Notes under the pieces: model-generated | What the model was told of the DNA's origin: nothing | The model's database searches: none | The model's input: only the letters and a program-made list of their open reading frames with translations | Assembly (NCBI RefSeq): GCF_022174665.1 | Contig: NZ_CP076562.1 | Coordinates: forward strand, 1-64,000 | Direction: 5' to 3' | DNA from: Eubacterium sp. MSJ-33 | GTDB taxonomy: Bacteria > Bacillota > Clostridia > Lachnospirales > Lachnospiraceae | Length of the DNA stretch: 64,000 nucleotides | Position numbers and translations under genes: made by a program | Shown: positions 19,983-28,647 of the stretch, piece by piece | Layout: the number at the start of each line of letters is the position of its first letter | Numbering within the stretch: position 1 is the first letter of the stretch

Positions 19983-21527
19983 ATGGCACAGATGATAACA
20001 TTTAAATGCAAAATATGTGGAGGTAATCTTACTGTTTCACCGGGTGAGTATTTAGCTGAGTGCGAATATTGTGGAACAACAATGACTATTCCGAATATAG
20101 ACTCTGAAAGAAAAGCACGTATGTTTGATCGTGCAAATCAATATAGAATTAATTGTGAATTTGATAAGGCGTATGAGTCGTTTAAGGTTATTGCGGATGA
20201 GGATGAAACAGAGGCTGAAGCATATTGGGGAATGGTTCTATCAGAGTATGGAATTGAATATGTAGAAGACCCGGAAACACATAGGAGGAAACCGACATGT
20301 CATAGGGCACATTTAGAGTCCATAAAAAAATGCGTTAATTTTCAAATGGCCTGTAAATATGCGGAAAAAGAAAATGTAGTCTGGTATCAAGAAGAAGCGG
20401 AGATAATAGATAATATTTCTAAAAGAATAGCAGGTATCGGAGCAAAGGAAGAACCGTACGATATTTTTATATGTTACAAAGAGACAGATGATATTACAAA
20501 TGAACGAACAGAAGATAGCGTATTGGCTCAATCAATTTATGATGAATTGGTAAAAAGAAACTATCGAGTATTTTTTTCAAGGATATCGTTAGAAGAAAAG
20601 CTGGGTAAAGATTATGAGCCATATATTTATTCTGCATTGGTGAGCGCACCAGTTATGATAGTTGTGACTACTAGCAACGAACATTGTCAGGCTGTTTGGG
20701 TAAAAAATGAGTGGTCAAGATATATTGGATTTATGCATGAGGATGATTCAAAAACCATAATTCCGGTCTACAAGAAAATGTCGCCATATGATTTACCAGA
20801 AGAATTATCAAGATTTCAGGCTCAGGACATGGACAAAATTGGAGCCATCCAGGATTTGGTGCATGCAGTAGAGAAGCTGCTGGGAAATGCAAAAAATAAT
20901 GATTCAGAATCTGTAAAAAATCTTAGAAATGAAATAGAAACACGAAATAGGAAAACAAAGAAAATCATTGTAATTGGTACAATTGCAATCATGTTAGGTG
21001 CTCTTGCTATTGGTATAATTTGGAAAGTTAGAAATAAAAAAATAAACTCAACTACAGACAGCCAGTATGTCATGACTGAACAAGATGAAATAGAGCAGTA
21101 TTATTCAGTAATGCAGGAAGCTTATAAAAATGGAGATTATAACGATGCTGTTTCACAGTGGCTTGAAGCAACGGTTGTTTTGAATGAATATGGGGGAGTT
21201 CAGGGAAAGGAGTATAAGGAGACTAAAGAAATTAAGGAAACAGAAGTGAGATTGTTTGATGAATACATGAAGGAACAGAAAGAAGAATATATGAGTAGAA
21301 ATAGCGATGAGTATTATTACTCTAATTTATATGATGTTTTATATTGTCTATCATACCACAAGCATGTGTTAGACGAATCAGAAATTTTTAATGGTGATGA
21401 AAATGAGAAAAATTTCTATATTAAGATTTTGAAAAAAGCGGCTCAAGAGGAAATTGAAGGTTACAAATATGATTCGCAACAAAGGCAACCATACCAGGAT
21501 ATATATGACTATTTAGACAATATGTAA
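19983..21527 (+). CDS. Zn-ribbon + helical module + TIR domain + single TM + C-terminal extracytoplasmic domain protein
   Basis: N-term FKCKICGG...CEYCG Zn-ribbon. TIR signature at aa 157-285: YDIFICYKETDD..., ...SALVSAPVMIVVTT, ...AVWVKNEWSRY with conserved Glu. TM KIIVIGTIAIMLGALAIGIIWKV at aa 327-349. Confidence 0.7.
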   Translation: MAQMITFKCKICGGNLTVSPGEYLAECEYCGTTMTIPNIDSERKARMFDRANQYRINCEFDKAYESFKVIADEDETEAEAYWGMVLSEYGIEYVEDPETHRRKPTCHRAHLESIKKCVNFQMACKYAEKENVVWYQEEAEIIDNISKRIAGIGAKEEPYDIFICYKETDDITNERTEDSVLAQSIYDELVKRNYRVFFSRISLEEKLGKDYEPYIYSALVSAPVMIVVTTSNEHCQAVWVKNEWSRYIGFMHEDDSKTIIPVYKKMSPYDLPEELSRFQAQDMDKIGAIQDLVHAVEKLLGNAKNNDSESVKNLRNEIETRNRKTKKIIVIGTIAIMLGALAIGIIWKVRNKKINSTTDSQYVMTEQDEIEQYYSVMQEAYKNGDYNDAVSQWLEATVVLNEYGGVQGKEYKETKEIKETEVRLFDEYMKEQKEEYMSRNSDEYYYSNLYDVLYCLSYHKHVLDESEIFNGDENEKNFYIKILKKAAQEEIEGYKYDSQQRQPYQDIYDYLDNM

Positions 21528-21561
21528 TCGATAAAATCATTTCTTTGCGGAGGGGAAAAAC

Positions 21562-23994
21562 ATGGCAAATTATTGTATTTATGAAGTAAAAGTAATTGGA
21601 AGTGAAAAGGCATGTTTAATGGTGTTTGAATCAATGCCATATATGGATTATAACCAGATAGAGACTAAGAATCAGAAGAATGAATTAACAGAGCTTATGT
21701 TTGCAGGCAACTGTAAGTGGTCCGTTAATTTTAAAGTGAGAGATGTATTGTCAAAGGTGGATGTTGATTCTTTTGATGAAACATTAATTCAGGAAAAAGC
21801 TTCTGATTATTACCAATATTCATTAAGAGCAAAGTCTGAAGCATTTGAATGTGAAATATTGGTACATTATTGGTCTGAGGAATCTGGGTTTGATCAGTTT
21901 GACCATTATAAAAATGGAGAAATTATAAAAAAGAGAAAAATAAAATTCAACTCTAAGAAACAAAATCGATTTGACTGGAACAAGACAGAATTCGTCGGAC
22001 ACGAAGGAGAATATGATGAGTCTGTGGATGGTGAGGAACAAGATGAAAAATATGTAAAATTTATAACGGATACTATTAATAAATTGGCTGGAAAGACAGA
22101 TGTGTCAATTGATACAAAAAGAGATAAAAATATGAGTACAGACATGGAAAAAGTAGAAAATGCTATGTATCAATGGACGTTTACACAAGGAAATACAGTG
22201 AACTTGAATGAATGGACGATAGGAATTCCGGATGGATTTATGAAAATAAATTCAGAAGAGATGATACCTACAACACACAAAAAAAGACCATTTGAATTGG
22301 TACCTATCAAAGACAAAGAAAATCCTGAATGTGCGACGGTGCGTATTTTGCCAGGTCTTATGAAAAGCGTAGGAAATATAGGAGTTTCAGATATGTACCA
22401 TCCGCTTGCAAAATTGGGTATTGCAGCAATTGTAGCGTCTAATGGTGCTAAAGACTATTTGAAATCTATGGGTGTTGCTTCAAGAGTATTTTATACAGCT
22501 TGGGATAATTCTTATGCATATATACTTGTTCAAGATGCGTTATTTGATACAGTTGATTATCATTGCACGGTATTGGCAAATGGAAAGATCCAAATCTTGG
22601 GCGTGAGGACAGGCGTTAGCGATGTAGATGATTTTGATGAAGATAGAAAAAAACAGTTAGAGCAGTCAATTATTGAATGGTTACATACAATGCAATCTAA
22701 TAAATGTTCAGTGACTGTTCCAACAGTAAAATTTGAAGATGATGATTGTTTTGATGAGGTTATGAAAGGGAAAAGCCTGAAAAAATTTGAAACTGCTGTA
22801 CAACAAGCGCATGAGGAATATCGTGTAGCAATGTTAGGAAAAATGCATGTTGTAAAGTATGAGTTTGAAAGTGGGGTTGGAGTCGGAAAACAAAATGTAA
22901 AGGAAACGACAAAAGAAGTTCTATTGGAAGGAATGAAGGTACGGGAGTTTTATGCAGAAAAGGCAAATGATTTCGTGCAAAGAATACAGCAAGCGGAGAT
23001 AACGGGGGATACTTTTATAAAAATTCTAAAAAAATTGTTGGAATTAAAGAAGGATGATGAGCTAGCAAAAGTAACAATCGATAATCGTGTGGTTAAGGTG
23101 GATGTTCCAGACAGAGTAAAAGAAATAGAAAAAGAATGGGAGAAGATACTTCGTTCTGAGGAAGAGAAAAAGACAAGGGAACTTCAAAAAAAGAGAGAAA
23201 TAGAGGAAGCGAAAAGAAAAACTGCTTTGGAAAAAGAAGCTGCTGAAAAGAAAGCCAGAATGGAAAAAGAAGTAGCCGCGTGGACGGAAGAGGTTGAGAA
23301 AATAAAGAAAGATCGCGAAGCAAATCGTATAGAGAAAATAGCATCATATGAAGATGTGGCCAAAATTAGAAAGCAACATGCAGAGGAAGTTCGAACAACA
23401 CAACTGGATAGCACAAACGGCATGATTCAGGATTTGAAGAACCGTTTATCTTTGGATACTATAGAACTTGGACAATTGGGAGTGTTAAAGTTTCACAGAA
23501 GAAAAGAATTGCAAAATTCTATTGAACAATTGACAAGAGAATTGCAGGAAAAAGAACATGTCCTTATAACAATTGAAAAGGAATATGAAAAGGAAATAAA
23601 AAATGCTGATGAAGAATACACCCGGAAAGTAAATGGCCTTTCCGCGTATCTGGATGAAAAGTATCAAGTGCCAGAAAGTCCAATGGTGGTTGAAGAAAGA
23701 AAGCAAAGAGAAGAAGAAAAAGAAAAAAAAGAACGAAAAATAAAAGAGGATCCTAATTACGAAATAAAGTTAGAGATAATAGAACTTTTGGAGAGCGGTG
23801 AACCGATGATGTGTACTGAAGTGGCCAAAGAACTTGATATCTCTATAAATAAAGCAGTTGCTCTCATGTCGCAGCTTGCTGGTTCGGCGGATATGGAAAA
23901 ACGAGAACCGGGAAAGATATATCCGCTCATTCGTTTTGCAGATGGAAAGAGGATTAAATTTAAGATTAATCCGGAGTGGGATTCAGAGTTATAA
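21562..23994 (+). CDS. large coiled-coil protein (810 aa) with C-terminal winged-helix
   Basis: ~250-aa Glu/Lys-rich heptad region; C-terminal LEIIELLESGEPMMCTEVAKELDISINKAVALMSQL wHTH-like; unknown N-terminal globular domains. Confidence 0.6.
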   Translation: MANYCIYEVKVIGSEKACLMVFESMPYMDYNQIETKNQKNELTELMFAGNCKWSVNFKVRDVLSKVDVDSFDETLIQEKASDYYQYSLRAKSEAFECEILVHYWSEESGFDQFDHYKNGEIIKKRKIKFNSKKQNRFDWNKTEFVGHEGEYDESVDGEEQDEKYVKFITDTINKLAGKTDVSIDTKRDKNMSTDMEKVENAMYQWTFTQGNTVNLNEWTIGIPDGFMKINSEEMIPTTHKKRPFELVPIKDKENPECATVRILPGLMKSVGNIGVSDMYHPLAKLGIAAIVASNGAKDYLKSMGVASRVFYTAWDNSYAYILVQDALFDTVDYHCTVLANGKIQILGVRTGVSDVDDFDEDRKKQLEQSIIEWLHTMQSNKCSVTVPTVKFEDDDCFDEVMKGKSLKKFETAVQQAHEEYRVAMLGKMHVVKYEFESGVGVGKQNVKETTKEVLLEGMKVREFYAEKANDFVQRIQQAEITGDTFIKILKKLLELKKDDELAKVTIDNRVVKVDVPDRVKEIEKEWEKILRSEEEKKTRELQKKREIEEAKRKTALEKEAAEKKARMEKEVAAWTEEVEKIKKDREANRIEKIASYEDVAKIRKQHAEEVRTTQLDSTNGMIQDLKNRLSLDTIELGQLGVLKFHRRKELQNSIEQLTRELQEKEHVLITIEKEYEKEIKNADEEYTRKVNGLSAYLDEKYQVPESPMVVEERKQREEEKEKKERKIKEDPNYEIKLEIIELLESGEPMMCTEVAKELDISINKAVALMSQLAGSADMEKREPGKIYPLIRFADGKRIKFKINPEWDSEL

Positions 23995-24026
23995 ATATAG
24001 TGAAGGATATGGGAGGCGAAAAGCAA

Positions 24027-24145
24027 TGAGTTGTCCAAGATGTGGTGGAAAAATGGATAGTGGTATTTGCGAGGAATGTGGGTTCCCCATTACTCGTATT
24101 TGGGAACATGAAAATTATTATATGCTTTTATTTAGTGAAATATAA
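24027..24145 (+). CDS. 39-aa zinc-ribbon mini-protein
   Basis: MSCPRCGGKMDSGICEECGFPITRIWEHENYYMLLFSEI; strong RBS gggaggcgaaaagcaATG; the longer 23858 track ORF overlaps the preceding gene. Confidence 0.4.
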
Positions 24146-24165
24146 TTGTACGGGAGAGATTTATT

Positions 24166-27100
24166 ATGAAAATTAGAACGGATTTTGTGACAAATTCAAG
24201 TAGTAGTTCTTTTGTTGTTGAAATTTCTTTTACTTTGAAGGATGGCAGGGTGTTGAGGCGTTGTGAAGTAGGAGGGGAGGATGGAAGAGATTTATATGTG
24301 TGTGCGAGTCCAAGACAACTTGGTCTCTGTAAGAATGTTGAGGAAATGATTACGCTGTTAAATGATAGCGTAAAAGTCGAGGAGCGCTTTGATGACTGTA
24401 ATAGAAAGAAATTTGTTGATACAAATTTTATACAGCAACTTGAGTCAATAAAAGAAATGAGCGAAATTGAAAAAATTACAATTTCGGGAAATGAACTAAA
24501 TTATGAAGAGTATGAGAGAATTTATAGATATAATCTTGATACAGAAGAGTATACCTGCGAAATTTTTGGAGAGGAATTTGAAAGTGAAGGATCAGGAGGA
24601 AATCTGGAATTTTGTGACGGATTTTTGGCAACACGTCAGGATGGATATGATGATGGGGAGTTTTTGCGTGTTGAAGATTTACCAATAATTGTTCCGTTGG
24701 AAGAAAGTAGTGATAAAGAACAGGTAAGTTTATTGGAAAATGTCAGAGAAGGTGAAAAACTTATTCTGAAAAATGAATTTACGGATGATTTATTTGACCC
24801 TGTAAAAATAGGCGTTTTTAATAAAAAAAATCAGCTGCTAGGGTATCTTTGCGAATTGGACTATTCGTTAATAGCAATAGCAAGAGCATTAGAAGATGTT
24901 GATGCTTGTGTCGATTCTGTCGCACCATTATCTGGTAGAAAGAAAAATGAAGAATATTCTTTAATGGATGTGAGAATTACATCAAAGGAAGGAAATAACC
25001 CATTTGCAGAAGGTTATAAAATAAAATTTGATGTAAGTGAATTATCTGAAGATGAGAAAAAGTTATTTAATGAAATGATAGAGCACTGGAGAAATCAGTA
25101 TGACAAAGAAGAAGTAACTATGAGCTGGATTTTTAAAATAAATCCACCAGAGTATTTTGTGACTTGTGATGAATTTGATGAAAAAACAGCAGAAGAAACA
25201 AAAAGATTTTTACAAGAAGCAGGTAGCAGAAGTAGCTTAAAAAAGTTACATGCAACATTTTGGGGAAATCTGAATTTTGAAAAAAGAAAATTTCGGCAGT
25301 ATAACTATCTGCTGGATAGAGGATTCTTAGATTGTGAAAAAACAATAGAAGAAAAGAAAGATGAATGCATTACTAATCAGTCATCTTCGTTGGAAGAAAA
25401 AATAGAAAAAGCAGTCGAGAAAGTGAGCAACTTGAAAAAAATGTCTAATACCATGTTTTATGATAGTAGGCATAGTGTGAATATGGATTTTCAAAAAGGA
25501 AAGATTGTTGAATTTGGTAATTATAGACAAGGAAAAAATGGAGTAGTTAAACCTTTACAATGGGTTGTTTTGGAGCGAAAGGGGAATGGTGCAAAACTTC
25601 TTTCATTAAAAGGAATTGAAACCTTGCCATACAATGTCAAAGATGGAAAAACAAGCTGGGAGAAATGCTTTCTTCGTTCGTGGTTGAACACAGAATTTTA
25701 TAATGCTGCATTTTCTTCTGAAGAGGCAGAAAGCATTATTTTATCGGATGTGGTTGCGGTTAGGCACCCCCAATATTTAACTTCACCAGGAAATGATACG
25801 AAAGATAAAATTTTTCTTTTAAATTATCAGGAGGCTGAGAACGTTGGGAAAAGGTGGAAAAAAACATATTTAACGGAATGGGCAGTTCAAAATGATGACT
25901 TGTTTAAAAAAAATTATGGCATAAATAATTATGCACTGTGGTGGTTGAGAACTCCGGCTAGTGCAACGAAAAGAAGTTGTGTGATGGGAAAATATATTTC
26001 TGGGATAGATGTTCGAGATGTTGATGGTATAGCGGTTAGACCTGCGATTTGGATAAATCTTAATTCAGAATATTTTGGTGGATCATTTGAAGTAATGGTA
26101 AAGGATGCTGAGAAAGAATTGTCTGTTGATGAGGTAATTGAAAAAATAAAAGAAAAATACAATACGAAAACAAAACCGACATCTACAATAGAATTTGATA
26201 TTCAAAATGTAGAATACACTAAGCAATTAAATGAATTAAAAAAGAAATGTGAAAATGAATTAGAAATTACATACAGAAATTATTTAATTCAAATGGGAGT
26301 TTTAGGAGACAAGGTAAAATTAATTGATACATACGATCCGTCAGAAATGATCAAGACCTTAAAAGAAAAATATAACAACAGTGAATTAAAACCGAAAACA
26401 TTTGTTGAGTTGATGGATAAAAATCCGGAATTCCGCGAAGAATTAAATACTTTACGTTCTGTATCTCAAAAAAAGTATGGAGATACAGCTGTTGACTATT
26501 TGAAAAAACAGGGGATAATTGCAACTTCGGAGGAAATAGCAGCTATCAGACAAGAAAAAATTAAAAAAATAGTGGTGGAAACAGCAGAACGGAAAGCAGA
26601 AATAAGAAGAAAGGAACGATTAAGGAAAGTTGATAGGATACAAATACAAGATGCAAAATTGCAAAATAAAGTAGATAAATTAATTTATGGCCTGAATGAA
26701 TTATATCCTGAGCATAAAGTATTTTCTTTGGATAGTTTGGATGGCACTCTGCGGGAAAATTTATCAAAGTATGCAAAACAAATAGGATATTTATCTGCTG
26801 ACGATATGCTTTTGGCATATGATTTTGTGAAGATTGATGCTGATGAGGTTAAAGAAATCCGCCCTAATGTATTACATAAACCGGGAAATGAACCAGAAAT
26901 AATCAAGGGTAAGGTGCAAAGTATATTAAGACGATTAGAAGAATATTATCCGGATAAAAAAATAGAGAGGAGTATTCAGTTGGATCATAAAAAACTAAGC
27001 CAAAGTATTACTGGGGCATATCTTTGGCTTGGATATAACAATCAAGGGGAATTCCTGAAGGCTTACGGATATGAAAATAATATAAAATATAATGAAAATG

Positions 27101-27318
27101 GGCGTGGTGGAGGAAGACCATCTTCGACAAATGTAGAAGAGCTTATTATGGAATTAAAGAAAAGAAGTGGAGGAAATCCATATTCTGGATTTAAGGAATT
27201 AAAAGAGAAGAATCCGGATCTGGCAGGAAAGTTAAAAACTATATCTAACAAAGCAAATAGTTTGTTAGGAATGCCGTTCGTAAAGTATTTAAAGCAAGAG
27301 GGAATCGTGCGTGATTAA
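24166..27318 (+). CDS. 1050-aa protein: Ser-run N-terminal module (MKIRTDFVTNSSSSSF), HIRAN-like segment, DUF6273-like domain, long helical C-terminus
   Basis: DUF6273-like block GKIVEFGNYRQ...PLQWVVLE...LLSLKGIETLPYN...SWEKCFLRSWLNTEFYNAAFSSEE...YALWWLRTPAS...VRPAIWINL; HIRAN-like GEKLILKNEFTDDLFDPVKIGVFNKKNQLLGYL. Confidence 0.65.
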   Translation: MKIRTDFVTNSSSSSFVVEISFTLKDGRVLRRCEVGGEDGRDLYVCASPRQLGLCKNVEEMITLLNDSVKVEERFDDCNRKKFVDTNFIQQLESIKEMSEIEKITISGNELNYEEYERIYRYNLDTEEYTCEIFGEEFESEGSGGNLEFCDGFLATRQDGYDDGEFLRVEDLPIIVPLEESSDKEQVSLLENVREGEKLILKNEFTDDLFDPVKIGVFNKKNQLLGYLCELDYSLIAIARALEDVDACVDSVAPLSGRKKNEEYSLMDVRITSKEGNNPFAEGYKIKFDVSELSEDEKKLFNEMIEHWRNQYDKEEVTMSWIFKINPPEYFVTCDEFDEKTAEETKRFLQEAGSRSSLKKLHATFWGNLNFEKRKFRQYNYLLDRGFLDCEKTIEEKKDECITNQSSSLEEKIEKAVEKVSNLKKMSNTMFYDSRHSVNMDFQKGKIVEFGNYRQGKNGVVKPLQWVVLERKGNGAKLLSLKGIETLPYNVKDGKTSWEKCFLRSWLNTEFYNAAFSSEEAESIILSDVVAVRHPQYLTSPGNDTKDKIFLLNYQEAENVGKRWKKTYLTEWAVQNDDLFKKNYGINNYALWWLRTPASATKRSCVMGKYISGIDVRDVDGIAVRPAIWINLNSEYFGGSFEVMVKDAEKELSVDEVIEKIKEKYNTKTKPTSTIEFDIQNVEYTKQLNELKKKCENELEITYRNYLIQMGVLGDKVKLIDTYDPSEMIKTLKEKYNNSELKPKTFVELMDKNPEFREELNTLRSVSQKKYGDTAVDYLKKQGIIATSEEIAAIRQEKIKKIVVETAERKAEIRRKERLRKVDRIQIQDAKLQNKVDKLIYGLNELYPEHKVFSLDSLDGTLRENLSKYAKQIGYLSADDMLLAYDFVKIDADEVKEIRPNVLHKPGNEPEIIKGKVQSILRRLEEYYPDKKIERSIQLDHKKLSQSITGAYLWLGYNNQGEFLKAYGYENNIKYNENGRGGGRPSSTNVEELIMELKKRSGGNPYSGFKELKEKNPDLAGKLKTISNKANSLLGMPFVKYLKQEGIVRD

Positions 27319-27353
27319 TCGTCTGGAGTTTTGGCAAAGAGAGAGGTAAATGT

Positions 27354-28451
27354 GTGAAATATATAATCAGGGATAAAAAATATCGTTTTAAATCAGCGTT
27401 TGATATGGAAACAGGTGCATATGTAAGAACCGGTATTTTAGATGAAAATGGGGAGGATACAGGGGTAGATCCTTTTATGGCGTCTTTTCCGCATCTTATT
27501 GATGTGGGTGTAATGGGACATTGCACTCATGGAAAAACAGGTTTGTGTGCAAGAGCAGGTATAGGCTGTTATCAGAATGGTTTGTATATCAATCAACCCA
27601 ATATGAGTGTAGAAGATTTCCGATGGATTGCGGAACAGTGTAAGGGTAGATGTAATCAATTAGCGCTTGGGGGACGTGGGGATCCAGACCAACATGAACA
27701 ATTTGAAGAACTACTAATGATTAGTAGAGAAAATATGTTAGTTCCTAATTTTACAACTTCTGGTTATGGAATGACAACACAGATTGCGTCCTTGTGTAAA
27801 AAGTATTGTGGCGCGGTTGCTGTTAGTTGGTATAGGAATGAGTATACAATAGAGGCAATAAATATGTTGTTGGAAGCGGGTGTTAAAACAAATATACATT
27901 ATGTGTTGGGAAATAATAGTATTAACGAGGCAATTGAGAGGTTATCAACTGATGATTTCCCGAAAGGTATTAATGCAGTTATTTTTCTTTTACATAAGCC
28001 CGCAGGGCAGGGAACGAAAGATAACATGTTGGCTGTTGGGGATCCGCGAGTAAAGCGTTTTTTTGAGCAGATTGAAAAAAAACATCCGTTTAAGGTAGGA
28101 ATGGATAGCTGCAATGTGCCGGGAGCAATTAATTTTTGTAATAAAATCATTCCGGAATCGTTAGACACATGCGAGGGAGGCCGATATAGCTGCTATATTG
28201 GTGCAGATATGATTATGGTTCCGTGTAGCTTTGATCAACAGAAAATATATGGGGTGTCTCTAAGAAAAATGGATATAACAGATGCTTGGAATAGCATACA
28301 ATTCAAAAACTTTAGAGACAAAATGAAAAATGTCTGTCCGGACTGCAATAAAAAAGCGTTGTGCATGGGAGGATGTCCCCTTATGCCGGAAATTGTATTT
28401 TGCAACAGAAAGGAAAGAAAATTGTATAAAGGAGAAGACAATGAAAATTAG
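27354..28451 (+). CDS. radical SAM/SPASM-like Fe-S protein with non-canonical N-terminal Cys motif (CX7CX6C)
   Basis: GTG start with RBS agagagg. GHCTHGKTGLCARAGIGC where CX3CX2C is expected. GGRGDP at GGE-motif position. NFTTSGYG at ribose-motif position. C-terminal Cys clusters CNVPG..FCNK..C.GG..C and CPDCNKKALCMGGCP typical of SPASM/twitch. Confidence 0.45.
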   Translation: MKYIIRDKKYRFKSAFDMETGAYVRTGILDENGEDTGVDPFMASFPHLIDVGVMGHCTHGKTGLCARAGIGCYQNGLYINQPNMSVEDFRWIAEQCKGRCNQLALGGRGDPDQHEQFEELLMISRENMLVPNFTTSGYGMTTQIASLCKKYCGAVAVSWYRNEYTIEAINMLLEAGVKTNIHYVLGNNSINEAIERLSTDDFPKGINAVIFLLHKPAGQGTKDNMLAVGDPRVKRFFEQIEKKHPFKVGMDSCNVPGAINFCNKIIPESLDTCEGGRYSCYIGADMIMVPCSFDQQKIYGVSLRKMDITDAWNSIQFKNFRDKMKNVCPDCNKKALCMGGCPLMPEIVFCNRKERKLYKGEDNEN

Positions 28452-28515
28452 AACAGAGTTTGTAACTAATTCAAGTAGTAGCAGTTTTAGTGTTATGCAG
28501 ATGTTGAGGAAGTAG
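28441..28515 (+). CDS. orphan 24-codon ORF duplicating the N-terminal module of the 24166 gene (MKIRTEFVTNSSSSSFSVMQMLRK)
   Basis: Strong RBS aaggagaag; first ~50 nt near-identical to 24166-24215; overlaps the 3' end of the rSAM-like gene by 11 nt; may be a precursor-like peptide or a gene-start remnant. Confidence 0.35.
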   Translation: MKIRTEFVTNSSSSSFSVMQMLRK

Positions 28516-28647
28516 ATATAACTACTAAAAAAATTAGAAATTTTAAAAGGTATTATTTGCAACAAAGGGATATTAGATTTGGTTGGAGCATGGAGTGATC
28601 GTCATATAGAATTATGATTTTGCATAAGGAAAGATGAGGAATGGAAG

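Noticed and set aside
23858-24145. 95-aa ORF from the track
   Set aside because: Its first 56 codons overlap the 3' end of the 810-aa gene in another frame. Only the internal ATG at 24027, with a strong RBS, gives a plausible independent 39-aa product.
24826-25913. Poly-A tracts of 7-8 nt inside the 1050-aa gene as phase-variation switches
   Set aside because: Homopolymers of this length are common background in this AT-rich island, including inside other genes, and none sits at a 5' end or promoter.
24166-28515. Invertible-cassette (shufflon) explanation for the duplicated gene start
   Set aside because: The two copies are in direct, not inverted, orientation. Recombination between them would delete the 1050-aa and rSAM-like genes rather than swap cassettes. 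This is kept only as a less likely alternative.
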